NCBI GenBank assembly: GCA_964016885.1
Contig: OZ024743.1
Location: 103,602,001-103,666,000, forward strand
Direction: 5' to 3'
Length of the DNA: 64,000 bases
From: Eledone cirrhosa
Lineage: Eukaryota
The notes under the pieces were generated by a model. The model searched no databases. It was not told where the DNA came from and saw only the letters and a list, made by a program, of their open reading frames with translations. Positions 41,514 to 56,589 of this stretch are shown one piece after another. The translations under genes were made by a program, and so were the position numbers. Every line of letters starts with the position of its first letter. The stretch's first letter is position 1.

Positions 41514-41558
<45 letters not shown>

Positions 41559-41654
41559 GGAACGATCGACTTTCGTCAATTCGGACCGCGGGAACAATGT
41601 TTCCGTTGGTCTTTCCAATTGCTAATACTATCTATCGGTCGCAACTCCAGGTAG

Positions 41655-41730
41655 AAGGAGCAACGTGAAATAAAGTGTCTTGCTCAAGGACATAACGTAT
41701 CGCCTGGTCCAGGAATCGAACTCACGCCTT
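41655..41730 (-). mobile_element. SINE fragment (tRNA head and core-like region)
   Basis: Minus strand GTGAGTTCGATTCC (B box) followed by TGTCCTTGAGCAAGACACTT. Confidence 0.55.
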
Positions 41731-41837
<107 letters not shown>

Positions 41838-42084
41838 TAAAAAGGACGATTGATTATTCCTTCATTGCATTTATTGATAGGTGACGCGCGTTTTGCCACT
41901 GATCAGCTCAAGGTTCGATCTATATCGATCCTACCCGACTCAATAATCCGCAGCTCGACGGACCTTCCCAAAATGCTATAAGAAAACGAAATACATGCTA
42001 TGTGATAAAGCCAGATATTCAAGAGTTTGACAAAATGAGTTGTTTTGATTGGTGGGAAGGGTCAAGGCGATGTACACCCCCTGG

Positions 42085-42144
<60 letters not shown>

Positions 42145-42312
42145 TATATATATAATATATATAGGAGAAAAAAACGATTAGAAAGAAAAATTTTTTTTTT
42201 TCCTTTATTCTTTTCTCTTTTTTCTGGATTAGAAAATGTTTAAAACAAAATATTTTACTTTGTGTGAAGTGTTAAGGTATTAGTTAATTTATTTATTAAT
42301 TAACAATACCAT

Positions 42313-42344
<32 letters not shown>

Positions 42345-42389
42345 TAATTGTCAATTACCGGGTTCAGCATTTTATGCATTTTATGCTTT

Positions 42390-43960
42390 TGTTGGAAAAT
42401 AACTTCTTCGAATTTGATGCTAAATACTATAGACGGAAATCTGGGACTGCCATGGGCACGAAAGTAGACCCCTCATACGCCAACCTTGTCATGGGATATT
42501 TGGAAACTACTCTCTGCCGTAAAGTTCTAGACAAATACGGAAACCACTTCTACCTACACATAGAAAAAACTGAAAGAGATATCTAGACGACTGCTTCATC
42601 CTCTGGCAAGAAAGTATAGAAAGACTGATTGAGTTTAAAACACTTCTAAATGGACTCAACACAAACATACAATTTACAATGAAATACAGCCATTAACAAC
42701 TCCCTTTCCTTGACATCCTCTTCACGAAAACAAACAACAAGATAGAAACAGACATATAACTATAAACCCACAGACCGCAAACAATATCTTCTATTTAACT
42801 CGTGCCACCCTCACCATACCAAAATTGCCATTCCTTATAACCTAGCCAGAAGGATCTGCACAATAGTTTCAGATTAATATACATGCTACACAGACTAGAA
42901 TAATTAAAGAACACACTTATCAGTAGAAACTACCCACCATCCCTAATCAACAATGGATTCCAACGTGCCCTAAAACTCAACATCCAGGCACTCAGACACC
43001 CCAAACCCAGGAATGAACCGAAACAGAAAACTCTACCATACATCTCCACACACAACCCCCTCAACAATGAGGCATTCGACACAATCCTCCAGAACATTCC
43101 TTTACTAAAAGGAGACCCAAGAATGAACAAAATCCTCCAAACACACAACATCATGAAGAGCAAAAGACAACTTAAATCCATAAAAATCATCCCCACACAA
43201 ACCAAAATCCCTCACAATGAACCCTTCAGTAGAAAAAAAAAATGCAGAAGGCCTAACTGTGGTATATGCATAAATCTAATAGAAGGTTCAACATTCCACT
43301 TTAAACAAGGACAACATTTCACAGTTAAATGCAACTTTACATGTGCATCTGAAAACCTAATCTATGTTTTGACCTGCTCAGGTTGTCGAGAGCACTACAT
43401 AGGACAGACAAAAAACACCCTCCGACAATGTATGAGCGTCCAAAGATCACAAATCTAAATACAGGAATACAGAAAGATTGCTTTTAGTGAACATATCAGC
43501 AATTGTGCACCTAACCAACAAATAAACTTTAAAAAATGTTCCCCATTTACAAATTGATAGACAACGCTTCTTTCATCCAACGTACCAATAAGAAAACGTA
43601 CTTCATTAACAAATTCCAACCTCTACTTAATGGACTAAACTTCGGACTAAACTAAAACTGGAACGAACAATGAACCAAAGCCCCAAATTCCTACGTTCTC
43701 TAAAACGTTACCTCCCGACACCCTACCTAATCCTTTTTCTTATATAAATGAATTACCCCCCTCTCCTCTCTTTCTCCTACCCGACCACCCTAAAGTACAC
43801 CCCCCCCCTGCATATTAACTCTCTAAAAAGGGAAAACATATCCAACTCTAGACTACCATTTGCCTCCATCATGGATCAACTTTTCTAAGCGCTCCTGCCA
43901 TAATAACACTCAGCCACATACCTTCTATTTAACTGGTATTTTGTGTTGAGGGTTGTGTAG
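42390..43960 (+). mobile_element. Decayed 5'-truncated Penelope-like element (RT and GIY-YIG), same group as 27200-28545
   Basis: SGTAMGTKVDPSYANL, RYLDDCF, LPFLD, CRRPNCGIC, NLIYVLTCSGCREHYIGQT. Confidence 0.88.
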
Positions 43961-44145
43961 AGAAAAATTATATATATTATATATATTCAATTATTCCCCT
44001 GATACTGCGTGGTCTAATACGCCCTTTGAAACATTTCTGGCACGAAGAGTTTTCTTTTGTTGTGGTCTTATATTTAATTTCGATTTTCTTTAACTGGTAT
44101 GTTTTTTGCTTGTTTAGGCTTGTTATTGGAAATTGGTGTGTATGA

Positions 44146-44266
<121 letters not shown>

Positions 44267-44279
44267 TGTATGTGTGTGT

Positions 44280-44362
<83 letters not shown>

Positions 44363-44737
44363 GATCCAGTTGACTTAAGAAATATTGACAGAAAATATTG
44401 ACATATTGACGGGGACAGAGACGCACTGTCTCATTTTTCCGTATCCAGGAATACCTTACCCGATTTTTTTCGACTATTATTATGCTCGTTTACATTGGGC
44501 CGACTACACTTCATATACATATATAAATATATATATATATATATAATATATAAGGTCAAAACATGGTTAAAAGAGTACATGGAACTCTTTTAACCATCTT
44601 TTGATCTTATATATTATTTATACTCCAGTCCTACAAACTGTACAGTGCTACTTATCCGATATCTGCATTGCTTTATTGTACTACAATAAAACTCACCTCC
44701 TACATATATATATATATATAGATATATATATATATAG

Positions 44738-44789
<52 letters not shown>

Positions 44790-46126
44790 ATATATATATA
44801 GGATTATCATGAAGAAGCTTGGAGAGGTTATAAATTGAAACCACCCGAGCTTGCGGCCGGATCTCTACCTCATTAGTATATCCACTCAGCATCGTACCAC
44901 GCATCAAGTATTACACACGTATATTCTTCGAATTTTAAGAAACAGTCTGTTGGTCAGAATTGGACATTTGTTATGGACCTCGTATGGCACCCATTCCTTG
45001 TCTGGAACAATCTTCCATCGTGCCTGTTTGATGAAGTTTCAGATTGCTTTCATTCGAAGATAGCTGAGACCAAATTTGACTCCAGATACTTCGGATTTAG
45101 TATCTCCTACTCTGATGGCATAGGGATATCTCGAAAAAAAATAGATTATATATTACGAAAGGGTGAGGTCAACATTTCTGCTCTCCTGGAACAGTTCATT
45201 TTCATACGTGTAAGGATTTTCAAAGATGTTCAAGGAACCTCCTTCAGCACTCCCACTTGAGCTTTCTCCTTTATTTTCTTCTCTCAATTTGTGCCAGCTG
45301 GCAGAGGTACTCATTAACGTCGTCGTACAGCATTTTCAAAATTGCCTTTCTCCTCCCGTTGCCTCAGTTAATCACTTTCACACCTACTTCTTCCTCCCTT
45401 CCCCTTCTATGAGGCGCGTCCTCTTCCCCCACATTTGCGGGAAACCATCCTTTTTCTATGAAGTAAATCAAATCAGCTAGTGTCTGGAGTATCTGGAACT
45501 CTTCTTCCGTCGACTGCCCCGTCTACATTTTACCTTTCGCCTTCTTCAGTGTTTTACTTTCAATCTCCTTGAAGTTAGACAGTTCCTTTGATATAGATTA
45601 TCTAATCTTTACTGGTTTTCTTTCGTTATCCTCTGCAAGTATATATACTGTACCTCTGCAGTATGCCTCCCAGGTATTATCGTCTAATTAACATTGCGAT
45701 TCAGCATACATCATTCGAAGACATGCCAAGTGTCCTTTGTTGTTGTCTATGATCATTTCCGGGCCTTGAATACCAACCCGTCCCCTTTACAGAACAGGAT
45801 ACAAAATAATAAAATTAGTCAGCGCTGTGATGTAAATTTAGAGGGGTTGTTAAAATTTGGTGTTTGATAGAAATGTAAGGTAAATGTCATTTATATATGT
45901 GCATATGATATATATTTGTGTGCGTGTGTGTAAGTGTGTGCATGTGTGTGTGTAATTAGACGCCGTACTGGCAGAGTCATTAGAACATCGGATACGATGT
46001 TTTGCTGTATTCGTTCTGGCTCTTTGTGCGGTGATTTCAAATCCCACCGAGGTCAACTTTGCCTTTCATTCTTTCGGAGTCGATAAATAAAGTACCATCC
46101 ATTACTGAGGTTAATTCTTTCTTTAC

Positions 46127-46160
<34 letters not shown>

Positions 46161-46530
46161 CTCTGGAAGTGTTCAGACGTGGACAGGAATAGGACCCATT
46201 AGGTTTCAATGCCCAGACGCCTATGACTAAAGAAATCGTTAAGGGCCCATGTTACGTCTTGATGTGGTAGCTAAGTATCTTTTATGTTTATACCATTACT
46301 TATTTGTATAGGTAAGTATATATTACCTTTATGTTTTGTGAAGATACGTATACTTTCTCGTACGTATATTTGCTTGTATTTGTTATAGGTGTATATATTA
46401 TATTATATATACTGGTACATTTATCTTATATTATATTATATTATATTATATTATATTATTATCTTATATTATATTATATTATTATATTATATTATATTAT
46501 ATTATATTATATTATATTATATTATATTAT

Positions 46531-46695
46531 TACCAGTGCATTACTGGTACTTTATTTTATCGACCCCGTAAGGATGAAAGGCAAAGTCAATCCCGCCGAG
46601 GTTGACTTTGCCTTTCATCCTTACGGGGTCGATAAAATAAAGTACCAGTAATGCACTGGGTAATTGCTGGCCTTGTGCCTAAAGTAGAAACAATT
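46531..46695. mobile_element. 5'-truncated SINE with an inverted duplication of its core
   Basis: 46531-46590 is the reverse complement of ~46601-46660. Confidence 0.85.
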
Positions 46696-47595
46696 ATATT
46701 ATATATACTGGTACATTTATATTATATTATATTATATATACTGGTGCGTGTATTTTGCGTATGTGTGTGTATGCGGGTTTGCTCGTATGTAGGGTGTGTA
46801 TATATGTGTACTTTGTGTTTAAGTTGATGTACGTTTAGCGAACATAGGTGTATTTACCTGTAGGTATGTGTGTGCGCACGTTATATACGTATTTATGTGT
46901 GTATATTTATATACGTTTATATAATTATATGTACGCACACACATATATATATATTTTTATATATTTTTTTATGTATTTGGTGTATACGTTCGTATGTGTG
47001 CGGGTACAGGTGTTGCGCGGGTTTTTGTATGTGTGCGCGTGTTTTTGTGTATATGCTTGTATATGCATACCCATGGCGGGTGTTTTCGCGTATGCTTGTG
47101 TATGTACGCGTGCATGGATACGTGCATGTATATATTTAATTATTGTTGATTTTAATAACCTCCGTAATTTATTTACATTATTTTTAACTCTGAAGCCGAG
47201 AATCATTCGGTTTCCTACATAGAATTTTAGTCTACGACTTCATTTATACCATAGACGTGGTTTTGTCTTTGCGTGTAATTGTTTTCAGCGCTCCACATAA
47301 TGACCTATTATCTTCGCTTTTTCCCGTTCATTGCCAGGGAACGTCTCCACGAACCAAAGTATCGTCTTCCTGTTTTCCTTCGGTTGCAACGTTTTTCGAA
47401 ATATTTACTTCTGCGTTCACAGATTGATTTTTCTAGTTTCAGAAGATCCCGTTAAGGGTGAAAGCAGTGATTCTTTGCTTAAACTTTAATCTGTTATTTT
47501 AATAAATATTTGCTCTAGGGTTCTTATATATTTGATATATATTTATCCTTATCGAGCCCTGTTTGGATTTTAGTCTTCAAATTTATTATTATTAC

Positions 47596-47712
<117 letters not shown>

Positions 47713-47921
47713 TCGAAGGGCGTAGAGGTGAAGTAGAGGCTAACAAATCAAAGAGTGTGGATGAATTGATTATAAGAAAAACAAATATATAAAAGGGAGA
47801 GAGAAATAGAAACATATCGAAAGAAAGAGAGACAAAGAGACAAGATGTTACAGGTGATATTCAGAGCAAAGAGTTGTATATAAACATCGAGAGATCAATA
47901 ACAATTATATGTATTTCTCTC

Positions 47922-47999
<78 letters not shown>

Positions 48000-48216
48000 A
48001 TTCACGTGTGATATGGTCTGACAGTGAAAAACTGAGATACAGACAAATCTGTATCATTTGGCTGTCCGCTGGATATCACCAGGATTTAAATGCAATAAAA
48101 GAAGCGTCACGCAAAAGAGATTGCACCAAAAAGCAAACTAAGATAGCAACATACGGTAAAATACCACTCAAATTTTTCCGAGTAAATTTACATGAAAAAA
48201 TGCAATACATTTTTGC

Positions 48217-48273
<57 letters not shown>

Positions 48274-48281
48274 TACACACG

Positions 48282-48363
<82 letters not shown>

Positions 48364-49088
48364 AGCACACATATATATATGTATATATATATATAAATAT
48401 ATGTGTGTGCGTATGTGTGTGTGTGCGCACGCATGTGTGTGTATGTGTATGTATATGAATATATGTGTGTGCGTGTGCGTATGTATGTGTGCATTAGTAA
48501 TCTGCTTTAGTCTAAGAAAGAGTTTTAACCATATTAAAATAGCAATGTAAGAACAATTCAAGTTAGTTCTTGTGAAATATTTCTGTATAATGTGGAACGA
48601 ATGGAGAGGGGAACGAGGAAGGGGATATGGAAGCAAATAGCATTTGATGAATGAAGCAGGTGATAGTTGGGAGAAAACTAAGACCAGGTCATGTAACAAC
48701 ACCTGTGAAAATGATACGTTCAACAAAGGACCGTTCAACAAAGTTTCGAGACACGGTTGAAGATAAAAGTTATATATATATATTACATTCATCTCTACCA
48801 AAACGCAGCCACCGTATCTGCTATTAATTAAATGTGTTCACTTTGAACAACTGGTTGCAGCTGCATTACTGCAATTCGGCAGATTCATTGAGTGAGCTAG
48901 ACATTGTCCGGAGGTTACCTTTTCTATTATATATATATGTGTGTGTGTGTATAAATGCATACTCATATATAAATACATACACACACACACATACATACAT
49001 AAATACATAAATACATACATGCATACATATGCATACATATATATATATGTGTGTGTGTATATATATATATGTATATATAAACACACAG

Positions 49089-49119
<31 letters not shown>

Positions 49120-49414
49120 CATGTATGTATTTATGTATGTATGCATGTATGTATGTATGTGTGTATGTATTTATATATGAGTATGTATGTATTTATATAT
49201 ATATATATATATAAAGCTGAAAGATGCAATATGTCCTTAAATCTACACTGACATCAATGAACTCGACTGTAAGAATACTCTGTTCTGAGATTAGGTATGT
49301 TTCAAATATATTTATTTCAATATATGCTTTGTATTTCTTCATGCTTTTTTGAAATTTTTTGTTTGCTTTTTGTTACCTTATTTTGCTTTGTTTTAGCTAA
49401 ATCTTTATATATAT

Positions 49415-50295
49415 ATTTGTTTAGCAAGATTCTTTATCTGAAATCGTGTGTTGAAACCGATATTGTTATACTTTGGGAGGGTCATGTTGCCAATAAGAAA
49501 CACACGCACCAGTTGCTTTCACTTCAATTTAATTTATTATATATTTATAAATTTATAAATTTACAAATTTATAAATTTCTGGTTGGTTGGTTGGTTCCAC
49601 AATCAGATAGTTGTTTATATATATATAGTCATAGTTCTTTCGTCACACACTCTGTGACCTCTTCAGTGACTGGGGATTTCTTTCTTCGTTTCTGTGCCTT
49701 TCCTTTCTTCTATCCTACGCCATTTTGTTTGTGTGTGGGTTGCGTGCTCAGTTTGCGCATGCGCCACATCCGGGTGTCTGTGTGTGTTTGTGTTCATTTT
49801 TCTATTTTTCTATTTATATTTTTCTATTTGTTTATTTATTTATTTATTTATTGTTGGTTGGTTGTTTGTTCTATGTGTGTGTGTGTTTTCATTTTGTCTT
49901 GTGTGTGTTTTCATTTTGTGTGTGTTTTCAATTGTAAGTTGTTTGTTCTATGTGTGTGTGTGTTTTCATTTTGTCCTTAATTGTAAGTTGTGATGTTGCT
50001 GTTCCACTCATATTTTCTATTTAATTTTGGTTTTAATTCTTTTATGCTTACTGCCTCTGTAATTTGCCTAAACATTGCGTCTTTCTTGTGTGTGGATTCT
50101 ATTTTTATTTCTATGCTCTCTAATTTACCCCTGTGTTCTATCTTAGCATGTTGGTAGAGCACAGATGATTCTTTATTATCTTGGAGGTCTCGCCAGTGTT
50201 CATTTATTCGTTCCCCTATACTACGAGCTGTCTCACCTATGTACACTATATTTTTGTTTCTACATTGTCCTTCAGTACATCTTATGCTATATATA
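49415..50295 (-). mobile_element. Penelope-like element 3' end: GIY-YIG C-terminus, 3' UTR, hammerhead (49627-49671) and tail; cut at its 5' side by a SINE
   Basis: YIGETARSIGERINEH...RQITEAVSI...LNRKYEW. Hammerhead AGTCA-CTGAAGA-G-GTCACA-GAGTG-TGTGAC-GAAA-GAAC-TA-TGACT. Confidence 0.88.
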
Positions 50296-50517
50296 GTACC
50301 AGTGTATTACTGGTACTTTATTTTATCGACCCCGTAAGGATGAAAGGCAAAGTTAACCTCAGCGGGATTTGAATTCAGAATGGCAAGGGACGTAACTCTA
50401 AGCGTCAAAGCATGGCGTCCGATACTGCCAATCCACCGTCCTCAAATATTATTATTAAAATTCTCGAAAAACTCAGATTACATTTATTGTATTGAGCCAT
50501 GGTGAGCGGAATTTTTG

Positions 50518-50727
50518 TAATTCTCTCTCTCTCTCTAAATATATATATATATAAATATAAATATATTTATATATATATATATATATATATATAAATATAA
50601 ATATATTTATATATATATAAATATAAATATATTTATATATATATATATAAATATAAATATATTTATATATATATAAATATAAATATATTTATATATATAT
50701 ATAAATATAAATATATTTATATATATG

Positions 50728-50785
<58 letters not shown>

Positions 50786-50798
50786 TAAATATATTTAT

Positions 50799-50877
<79 letters not shown>

Positions 50878-50878
50878 A

Positions 50879-50933
<55 letters not shown>

Positions 50934-50975
50934 AATATAAATATATTTATATATATATATATATAAATATAAATA

Positions 50976-51033
<58 letters not shown>

Positions 51034-51168
51034 TATTTATATATATATATATATAAATATATTTATATATATATATATATAAATATATTTATATATATAT
51101 ATATATATATATAAATATATTTATATATATATATATATAAATATAAATATATTTATATATATATATAT

Positions 51169-51243
<75 letters not shown>

Positions 51244-51347
51244 TATATTTGTATATATATATATATATATTTGTATATATATATATATAATATATATATT
51301 TGTATATATAATATATATATATATATTTGTATATATATATATATATA

Positions 51348-51394
<47 letters not shown>

Positions 51395-51399
51395 AGCGA

Positions 51400-51472
<73 letters not shown>

Positions 51473-51659
51473 TTTGTATATATATCATCGCTTTAAATTT
51501 AATGTTTTACTAATTGATACAGATCCCATCTTTGCACGAAAGAATAATCTCAACTGCAAAATACTTATTCATATAATTGCACGTGTATACGCACATGTAT
51601 ACCATATATATATTAATATATATACATATATATACATATATACGCACACACACACACAC

Positions 51660-51695
<36 letters not shown>

Positions 51696-51712
51696 ACACA
51701 CTCACACACACT

Positions 51713-51765
<53 letters not shown>

Positions 51766-51872
51766 GCGCATACACACACATATATATATATATATACATA
51801 TACACGCACACACATATATATATATATATACATATACACGCACACACACACACACATATATACATATACACG

Positions 51873-51910
<38 letters not shown>
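50518..51910. repeat. Long compound (TA)n / TATAAA-variant / (CA)n microsatellite
   Basis: Over 1 kb of almost pure A/T dinucleotide with recurring ATAAATATAAATATATTTAT units. Confidence 0.95.
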
Positions 51911-51913
<3 letters not shown>

Positions 51914-53780
51914 TTAATATAGAAGAGCTTCTACAGGACTAGAACTGTTTCATTCGTGAGAAATCATGAGGGAGCTGGCTGTCCAAGTAACTAGTGTTAT
52001 TTATATCTTTTCTTTTCTGGTGGTAGGAGAGGGTGGGGATTGGGATGGGTGGAGGTCATTGGTAGAAGGATTTGAAGAAAAGGGAGTTCATTAAAAGCTA
52101 ATTCTTTAAAGTATTAACAAATGCAGGAAGAATACTGTAAACAAAGTCATATTTGGAATACCAATCCTAGTTTATCACTTAGACTAACAATGCCTCTAAG
52201 ACAGGTGTCTACAGGAAGGGTGGGGTTCAATGGTTTAAAGAAAAGGGAAATTCTTTAGATGCTAATTCTTTACGGCTGGAATAAGATCTCTGGCCTCTCG
52301 GCCAATGAAGATATATTTAACGCTTCCGCCTCCTACTACTATGACGCCCTCGCCCGCAGCGGATTTAAAGAAAAGATAACTTACCTAGAAACCACCGCAA
52401 GACTACCTAAGAGGAATAGGCATAGGCAGATTAGTTGGTACCCCCCCCCCCTCCTTCAATAGAGAGGTCTCTACACCTATAGTTAGGACTTTCTTCACTT
52501 TGCTGAACACACAGTTCCCCCACACAACATAGGTACTACACATCTTCAATAAGAACACAATAAGACTCTCCTACTCCACCACACCTAACCTAGCTAGGAA
52601 TATAACCAATCTCAATTCTAAAAAATTAAACTACCTCCGAACCCAATCCCCGATTGAAGCTTTGTGCAATTGCCTAAATAAGGAAGCCTGCCCACTTGAA
52701 AACAAATGCCTGACGAATGACATCGTATACAAATGTGATGTCTTCTCAGGTACCGATGATAGCAACAACAAAAAGACTTACATCGGCATGACTTCCAATA
52801 ATTTTAAGACCTGGTGGTATGCCCATACCCACTCTTTCAGAAGACGGACAAATCAAATCAGACAACACTCGCCTCCTATGTCTGGGACCTCAAAAGGAAC
52901 TCCACCCCCTTCACGCCTCAATGGAAAATACCCCAGAAAGCGCGCTCATACAAGGGAGGACGCAAGTGCTCTGACCTTTGTATCTCAGAGAGCTACGAAA
53001 TATTATTTTCCAAGGGCCCGCTACTGAACAACTGAACACTGCCCGAATTGCATGCACAAAATTTTGCAACTTTCAAATACCTTAAGCCAGTGTTAATGCC
53101 AGATGGCTAATATTTTTGTATAAGTGCATGTGTGTATGTACTTTATGTATGTTTGTTGTGTGTGTGCCTGCCTGTGTGTGCGTGCTTGTATGTGTGTGTA
53201 CGTGTGTAAGTGGGCGAGTGTGTGAATGTGCTTCTCGACACCTGGAATATATATTAAGAGAAACTTCACAATAAGGGAAATCACCCAACACTTGAATCTG
53301 TTGATGGAACCCTCTCTGCCTTTGTCACCCTCATTCCAGCCTTAAAGAATTAGCTTCTGAAGAATTTCCCTTTTCTTTAAACCATTGAACCCCACCCATC
53401 CTGTAGACACTTGTCTTACATGTATTGTTAGTCTACGTGATAAACAAGGATTGGTATTACAAATCTGAATTTGTTTACAGTATTCTTCCTGCCTTTGTTA
53501 ATATTATAGTTTTAAAGAATTAGCTTTTAATAAATTCCCTTTTCTTTAAATCCTTCAACCAATGACCTACACCCATGACAATCATCACCCTCTCCTACCA
53601 CCAGAAAAGAAAAGATATAAATACCACTACTTACTTGGACAGCCAGCTCCCTGGTGATTTCTCACGAATGAAACAGTTCTAGTCCTGTAGAAGCTCTTCT
53701 ATATTAAAACTTTTATACTCTGCTATGTATTGAGTACCTTACTTACTGTGGTTACCTCCGATTCAACCCGAAATAACTTA
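51911..53780 (+). mobile_element. 5'-truncated Penelope-like element with an inverted 5' pseudo-LTR
   Basis: GIY-YIG region CNCLNKEACPLENKCL..DIVYKC...YIGMTSNNFK (52270-53090). 51911-52280 is the reverse complement of ~53335-53710. Both arms have mutated hammerhead cores (CTCATGA, CTGGTGA). A ~70 nt tail is present only at the right end. Confidence 0.88.
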
Positions 53781-54108
53781 TATATATATATATAGTTCAA
53801 AATAACAATAAACCAACAAACGCAGGAGTATATGTTACATGTGTTATTAGCTTTACTCTTGGTGAGAGTGGGAGGGTGTTGTTTACAACGTTTCGGATAT
53901 AAGTCCTTCATAAGGAGGGTAGGGACGACGGGGAACTCCGAGAGGGATTGAGGGAAGGACTGGGGAAACAGAAATAAAATAAATATGAAACATGAAGTGA
54001 AAATAAATGGAATATATAAAGAGAACACAGAATTAAAAAAAAAAAAGATTAAAAAGTGAGAGGGGTGTAAGGATCCGGGAAGATGCGGTTGTGGAGGTGC
54101 GTAAGGGG

Positions 54109-54141
<33 letters not shown>

Positions 54142-54151
54142 CTGTGTGTGT

Positions 54152-54219
<68 letters not shown>

Positions 54220-54300
54220 GGAAAACAGAAAAAACAACGCAATCGGTACAGTATATGGAAGGGATATATTAGGTTAACGCTTGATATAGCAAGAAGAGGC

Positions 54301-54336
54301 TCTTAACGTTTCGGATTCTAGTCCTTCATCAGAAGA
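54301..54336 (-). ncRNA. Minimal type I hammerhead motif; degenerate relative at 53880-53915
   Basis: TCTT-CTGATGA-A-GGA-CTAGAA-TCC-GAAA-CG-TT-AAGA with palindromic ACGT stem III. Confidence 0.6.
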
Positions 54337-54923
54337 AAGAATGAGAAATAAGATAGATTGAGGAGACGGGCGGGTTGGAATTGAAAAAAATGTCTTTAGA
54401 TAAAAATAACAGGTCCATTCATCTTGACATCTCTTGCAAAACTGTTGGTGCTGGCGTTTTGTGTATGATTTATTCCTTAGAAAAGTGGATGATGGAGCGC
54501 GTCTACCTGAAATGAAAAAAAAACATATATTATAATATCCCAATAAATACCTGAATACAAAGAACGAGTTATTCCGTTTGGTTGCACCTAAAACCCCATC
54601 TCCTATCCGAATGGAAAATGACCCGGACCTTAACTAATATATAGCCTTAATCCACTATGTGGTCCTTAACCCCTCATATATACACACAGACACACAACCC
54701 AGACACAACCTTTTAACAATATATATATATATGAATAGATACAAAATGATATACACATAAACACATGTGTTTCTCCTTTATAGATACCTAGCTTATTTCG
54801 CCCAGACTCTTATACAAAATAACGACAGCCTTCGTTTCTACTTGCCAGATGAAATGCAGTCCGAATTAAACCATAAACAAAACTTCATGGCTTATATAGA
54901 GGCACCCTTGGGAGTATACATTC

Positions 54924-54959
<36 letters not shown>

Positions 54960-55100
54960 TTGAAATAAAATGAAAACGAAATTTCATTTCTCACTCTTAG
55001 TGAGTACATACATACTTACATTTATATATATATATATATATATATAAGCCATGAAGTTTTGTTATGGTTTAATTCAGACTGCATTTCATCTGGCAAGTAG

Positions 55101-55132
<32 letters not shown>

Positions 55133-55389
55133 CATATATATATATACATATATATATATTTATATTTATATTTATATATAAGTGAGTGTGTTTGTGTGTG
55201 TGTATAAGGATATATATATATACATATTCTAAGAAAAACGATGAAGTTTCATTTACATGTATTTAGGTTTTAATTGTGTATTGACCAGTTAGTTTTGCTA
55301 AGGATTCGCCAAGGGTCAGCCATAAATGTTATAGCCTCGACTCCACTCGACTCCAGTATTTATCTGCTCATCAGGTTTGTGATTTAACA

Positions 55390-55423
<34 letters not shown>

Positions 55424-56429
55424 CTCTGTCTGTGTGTATGTGTGTGTCTGTGTGTATGTGTATATGTGTGTGTATGTATGTGGGTGCGTGCGTGTGTCTC
55501 TGTGTGTGTGTGTGTACATATATATGTCTCCCGTATCGGTTACTTTTGCTTCTCCCTGGAGTGCGAGATGAAATCAGCCTGCCTGTATATAAATTATGTC
55601 ATTTAAAGTTAATGTATAACTTACGCTTATACCGTTTCCCTACTGTAAATTTTTGAAATTGTAGTATTATTAAAGAATTTGCGTGCATATATATATGTAT
55701 TTCTGTGTGTGTGTGTGTTTGTGTATTATATATTATGTCAGGCCGCTCTTCATTGCTACTGGTAACATGTAACCCAGTACAGCCTGTGCATGGTCCGCGT
55801 GTTGGCAACTAAACCGGCAACCCCACAAGCTTGCTTGGTGAGGGGGGTGATTTTAGACACCATGTGAAATGAAAATCAAAACCTGTCAAATGGCGGAGGA
55901 ACTCAAGAGAGTCAACGGCCATCCAATAAAGTATTTTTCTTTTCTTGTTTTGGAGCGAGAGACTCATAGTCTTCATTAAGACATCTCTCTAGGAGAAGGT
56001 CACTCTGATATAAAACCTGCGACTTCGTTTTCATCCAATGATGTAGACCAGTTCTACGTTTTGGGTAAACGCATTCGATGTTCAGGCAACACTTGATGAC
56101 ACTTTTTGTGATGTATGGCCTAGCTGACCAAAGGCAAGTCCCTAGCAGGATGAAAAGGCCACGTCTCTGATGCATACGCTTAAGTATCAGGCGATGGCGT
56201 CATTCAAATCGAGTTGCAGCCATCATATATACATATATACATATATATATATCAGCATGGAAGGGTAAAATCCGTTAGCCCATTACTCATGAAAGTACTC
56301 GATACTTGGGGTAGTAGAGTGGGTCAAATGAAAAATTCGCGACCAGGACGTTTGAGCTCCTGCCGTTTCAACAGCTAGATGTAGCTGTTCATACGGCAGG
56401 AGCCCAGCTGTCGGGGTCCTGAATTTTTC

Positions 56430-56482
<53 letters not shown>

Positions 56483-56589
56483 TAATATATACTGGATGGA
56501 TGCCAGGATAATTGGAGAGTGACAGCGATAGGAACTGGAGGTGAGTGACATTTCACCAACATACATCCTATATATTACTTATCCTTCCA

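Noticed and set aside
55740-56225. Possible non-autonomous RTE derivative (UTR-like ends)
   Set aside because: No coding motif, TSD or second copy in the window supports the call.
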